From positions 11,408,001-11,472,000 of the forward strand of contig OZ024758.1 in assembly GCA_964016885.1 (NCBI GenBank): DNA of 64,000 nt, given 5' to 3'. The DNA comes from Eledone cirrhosa. Lineage: Eukaryota. The notes under the pieces were generated by a model. It searched no databases, was not told the DNA's origin, and was given only the letters and a program-made list of their open reading frames with translations. Every line of letters starts with the position of its first letter. Position 1 is the stretch's first letter. This document shows, piece after piece, positions 58,665 through 64,000 of the stretch. The position numbers were made by a program, and so were the translations under genes.

Positions 58665-58845
58665 AATTGGCAGAGTCTTTAAAACATAGGGTAGAGTGCC
58701 TTTTGGTATGTCAATCAAATCCCGCCGAGGTTAGCTTTACGGTGGTGATAAAATAAAGTACCAGTAAAATACTAGGGTCGATTTAATTGACTTTCTCCTT
58801 AATACACTCAAATTGGTGGCTTGTGCTTAAATAAGAAACAATTAT
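58665..58845 (+). mobile_element. Degraded SINE
   Basis: Family motifs. Confidence 0.65.
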
Positions 58846-58857
58846 TTATTATAATCA

Positions 58858-58930
<73 letters not shown>

Positions 58931-58986
58931 CCTTACTTACTGTGGTTACCCCCGATTGAACCCGGGATAAGTTATATATATATATT

Positions 58987-59153
58987 TCATTCAGTCCAGA
59001 ATTAGCCGTCGAAACGGCTTGAGCTCAGCCGTCGGGGTCTTACTTGTTCCTATTACCCACTCTACTACCCTAAGTAGTAGAGTGGGTAATAGGAACGAGT
59101 AGGACCCCGACGGCTGAGCTCAAGCAGTTTCGACGGCTAATTCCTACTCGTTC
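58987..59153. mobile_element. Copy of the 11981 palindromic family
   Basis: Inverted pair centred near 59070, with (TA)n flanks. Confidence 0.8.
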
Positions 59154-59226
<73 letters not shown>

Positions 59227-59388
59227 ATATATTCGGAGACGAACTCATATACTAAGCATATCGGACGACCTTTCGATTACAGAGTCAGGTTCGATCTATA
59301 ATAGATCTTGCCTCAAGTTGATCAATTGAGAAACATGTAATATGTTAAATATATTATGATGCAACACTAAATCCTTGTTCTAATCCTT

Positions 59389-59429
<41 letters not shown>

Positions 59430-60571
59430 TATATATATATATATATATATATATATTAAGATGTGCGCTAGCAGCCGAAATGTATGATAAAGCTATATCT
59501 GTATAAATACAGTATTTAACCCAGATTGCAACACATTAGAATCTCAGTTAAACGATGTATATTTATATTATATTATAGACTGTATATTATAGACATTAAT
59601 ATCTCAAACTGGAGTTTATAACTTCAGTTGTATTGATATTATGAAATATTACATTATTTATAACTCTAAGTGTTTCTATTTTACTAATCCATTAGATTTG
59701 TCAATATGTCAGTTTTGACAGAACAATTTCCACGATGCATTTCCCCGAATTCATTGAGTTAACCATAAAATTCGTAGAGAGAATTCACATATTTACTGAA
59801 TAAATTGCTATTCAATCCATGTAGAATCATTTATCGTTCATTTGCTTAATGATCCAGAAACCAGTTTTTAGAACAATCTAGAAACCGTGAAAGGTTACAC
59901 AGCTTTGCATTATTCTAGTCTAAATTTGTGTGTCGTAAAAGCATACTCATTTGACGTATACAATATTTTTACTTTCACAAAACAATTATTTTTGCTGTCA
60001 TTTTCTAATAGGTTATTAAATGTGAGGTGTCCATCTATCTGTGAAAATTATTTACAGAACATAATTAGTTCGGGAGGAAAAAATAGAATCATGAAAGCTT
60101 GCTTTAAGAAATGTCAAATACTCACAACGGCTTTTTTTAAATTCTATATTCTTGTGGCACATCAATAGAAACTTTAACAACTACACTTGACTTGCAGGAA
60201 ATAACAGCTTAATCTAGTTCGAATTACAATCTACTGTTTTAAATTTGAGATGAACACATACTGTTTAGAACGATGGAAAGAATGCATGATTTTTTTTTGG
60301 GGGGGAGGGGTCTCTTTATATACCAGGGTCGATAAATAAAGTACTTGTCCATTACTTGGATCAATTCTTCTCTTTCTCACATTTTTCGGTAGGAAAACAG
60401 GTGTGTTCTTTCTGTTGTTCTTTCTATCTCTCTATCTCTCTCTGTCCTTTTCCTTCCCTACCCCCCACCTTTCTGCCTCTTCTCTTCCTTATTCCAATCT
60501 CTCTGTCTCTTTCCTTCCCTTTTTTCACCTGTCTGCATTTCCATCTTTTTTAAAAAATAGTTTTAACTCTC

Positions 60572-60614
<43 letters not shown>

Positions 60615-60626
60615 ATAGATCGCATA

Positions 60627-60730
<104 letters not shown>

Positions 60731-60732
60731 TA

Positions 60733-61236
<504 letters not shown>

Positions 61237-61349
61237 TATAATAACTTGTGTGTTACACCTCTATTCTTTTAACTATATATATATATATATTTCTTGTTTT
61301 AATCGAAACTTATTTTCATGTTTTTCTCTCTTTCATGTTCTTTTACAAG

Positions 61350-61511
61350 AAAAGTGGTTCGACAACCTATTTCTGGTTCCGGGTCGCCCTCAACAGTGCA
61401 CCTGCGATTGATTCTACACCTGTAATAAGCTGGAAGATATCGGCCGCATTAATATGTGCTTGGATATTGGTTTTCTGTTGTATGATCAAAGGAATCAAAT
61501 CTTCCGGAAAG
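61350..61511 (+). CDS. SLC6 transporter coding exon 3
   Basis: AAG acceptor after a pyrimidine tract. KSGSTTYFWFR...MIKGIKSSGK continues ECE in frame, resembling the ECEKSSATTYFWYR-type motif of B0AT2/NTT4. GTAGGA donor at 61512. Confidence 0.9.
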
Positions 61512-61643
61512 GTAGGATGAAATCTGATGATCGATATATGTTTGAGGTTTAATTAAATAAATAATTATTAGAAAAAAGTTTTATATTTATAATAAAATTA
61601 AATTATTCATGTTTTAATGTTCAAGAACCTTAAGAAGCCATTT

Positions 61644-62265
61644 ATCGGTAGAGGGTCGGACGACATGCTTTGCAGCATAGAGTTACGGCCCTTTATGATT
61701 TGAGTTCAAATCCCGTCGAGGTTAACTTTGCCTTTCATCCTTACGGAGTCGATAAAATAAAGTACCAGTAATACACTGGGTTGATTTAATCGACTTTCCC
61801 CTCCCCCAAAATTACTGGCCTTGTGCCGATACTAGAAATCATTCTTTTAGCCATGATAAACGAATATCTAAACTCTCCTTCGGCATTGAGTACTCTTTTC
61901 TCTCGTCACTCAACTACACACGGACTTCAGCTACGAAAACATCTTTTCTCTCCACCCTCTTGTCTTTATATTGGGTAAAATAAAGTACCAGTAACATACT
62001 GAGGTCGATTTAATCGACTTTCCCCTGCCCCAAATTACTGGCATTATGCCATACTAGAAGTCATTATTATCATTAATAATAATTGTTTCTACTTTTGGCA
62101 CAAGGCCAGCAATTACCCCAGTGTATTACTGGTACTTTATTTTATCGACCCCCGTAAGGATGAAAGGCAAAGTTAACCTCGGCGGGATTTGAACTCAGAA
62201 TGGCAAGGGCCGTAACTCTATGCGTCAAAGCATGGCATCCGACCCTCTACCGATACTGCCAATCA
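61644..62265. mobile_element. Inverted SINE pair (+ 61644-61840; - 62079-62265) plus a fragment
   Basis: Near full-length copies in opposite orientation within SLC6 intron 3. Confidence 0.85.
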
Positions 62266-62788
62266 AACCATCAATACTATTACCATCTTCAAAATTGTGA
62301 AAGCAATATCGATTAAATTCGAGACGTTTATATAACATTACTAAACGTCGGCTTTATCTGATTCTACGTAAACAGTCATCGTTTCTCTAACTCCTCATTG
62401 TAATGTTCCGTCCATTGGATGCTCTTGAGGCCAATATTAGAAACTATCATTACCATCATGTCAGTAATTCTATTTCTATAACGTGCATTCGCAACAAAAA
62501 CCGGTAAATCCATGCGGACTTTAGCTACATGCAAATGTGTAGAGTACGTTCTAATGATGTATTCAGTAGATTATATACGGGAATTTTTACACATTCATCT
62601 GCCTTTTTATTATCGTTTATACAGCATCTATTACTATGGTGATTAAATTCTGTTTGCCAATCCTCCATTCAAAATATTTCCATTTCCAAGTGTTTATATT
62701 TGGATCATACGATTTATATTTAGAAAAGTTGTTTTATTAAACAAATATTTTAAAATCAACTGCACCCTTTATTTTCCTCACCAAACAC

Positions 62789-62837
<49 letters not shown>

Positions 62838-62878
62838 AATTCTGGAAATATTACACAAATATGACCCTCCCCAAGTAT

Positions 62879-62932
<54 letters not shown>

Positions 62933-62971
62933 GATTGTGTTTCTCTCTCAGCTCCCCTCTCTTTCACTTTC

Positions 62972-63002
<31 letters not shown>

Positions 63003-63331
63003 CCCCCCCCCCCCCTCTCTCTCTGGAAGAAATCTGCAGTTTTCAGGCCTGGAAAGAAAATGGAGTCTAAAAGATTCTAAAAAAGATGTCCCAGAAACGC
63101 CGCACTTCAACACGGCGTCCCTACGGCTCCCCAAAGTTTTACGGGTCCATACATACATACACCCATACATCCATCCACCCATACATACTACACCCATCCA
63201 TCCATACACCCATCCATCCATCCATCCATCCATACATACATATCAATATGGCGTCCCTACGACTCCCCTTAGAAGTTAAGTGACCATTCATGTGCTATAT
63301 TTCATCTTCTCTCTTTTCTCTTACATTCCAG

Positions 63332-63442
63332 GTTGTTTATGTCACAGCCACTTTCCCCTATTTTGTTCTGGTCATATTTTTCTTTCGTGGTGTAACTCTC
63401 CATGGATTTGAGGAAGGAATCAAATACTTATTCATTCCAAAG
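63332..63442 (+). CDS. SLC6 transporter coding exon 4 (TM5); gene continues beyond the window
   Basis: TTCCAG acceptor, VVYVTATFPYFVLVIFFFRGVTLHGFEEGIKYLFIPK, GTAAAC donor at 63443. Confidence 0.93.
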
Positions 63443-63569
63443 GTAAACATTTTAATCTTAATTTTGTTTTCACAGACGCATTCAAATTATATCGGTTTCC
63501 CTCTCTACACTGGGGCCGATTTAATCGACTTTCCCCTCCCCCAAAATTGCTGGCCTTGTACCAAAATCA

Positions 63570-63790
63570 GACATTGATCTCACGGCAGTTGCAAATCCTT
63601 TTTGACTCCCACTTTAAATCCTGGTGTCGGTTAATTTTCTCCCTCTCCTTTTCTTGCACTCTCGTGTCAAACGGGTAGACTACATCTACAATCAGGCACG
63701 ATCTTTTTTCCTTGTCAAAAACCACCAGGTCAGGCCTGTTGTGTTCTAATTTCTTATCCGTCTGTATCGCCAAATCCCATATTATTATTG
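63570..63790 (-). mobile_element. R4/Dong-like non-LTR retrotransposon restriction-like endonuclease fragment
   Basis: WDLAIQTDKKLEHNRPDLVVFDKEKRSCLIVDVVYPFD..KEREKINRHQDL, matching the PD..D RLE motif. Confidence 0.85.
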
Positions 63791-64000
63791 GAGACTGGAA
63801 TGTCTTCAGGCGCACACAGCCCTCGACCAATCGGGCAATGTGATCGGTGGAAACTCCACCTTGGCGTTCTATAGAGGATTACATCCTCTGTTTTTGTTTT
63901 TTACACGCAGAAATACCCATTTGTACCGTACTGTATTGTCCTGCACTGTCCTTAATGTCTACTTTATGTAAACCCTTGTGGTTAATAAAGAAAACATTAT

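Overview
This is AT-rich, microsatellite-dense eukaryotic DNA. The repeat content suggests an octopus or other coleoid cephalopod, which is an inference and not proven. Almost all listed six-frame ORFs are translations of simple repeats. The only clear host gene is a + strand SLC6 (sodium:neurotransmitter/amino-acid symporter, SLC6A15/17-like) gene, whose first four coding exons lie at 45649-63442 and which continues past the window. The rest is simple repeats, minisatellites, about 20 copies of a tRNA-derived SINE, a second SINE, RTE and R4/Dong-like LINE scraps, several MITEs and a ~600-bp (TATG)n-tailed element. The most striking signal is a dense set of type I hammerhead ribozyme (HHR) motifs, folded by eye: about 9 with an intact CUGANGA/GAAA/NUH core plus several degenerate or half copies. 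Nearly all sit in short inserts within (TA)n tracts, many with inverted duplications and palindromic stem III loops. One is a 561/562-bp head-to-tail array carrying three identical HHRs, as expected for a retrozyme or Penelope-like pseudo-LTR system able to release unit-length, possibly circular, RNAs. Repeat boundaries are approximate.
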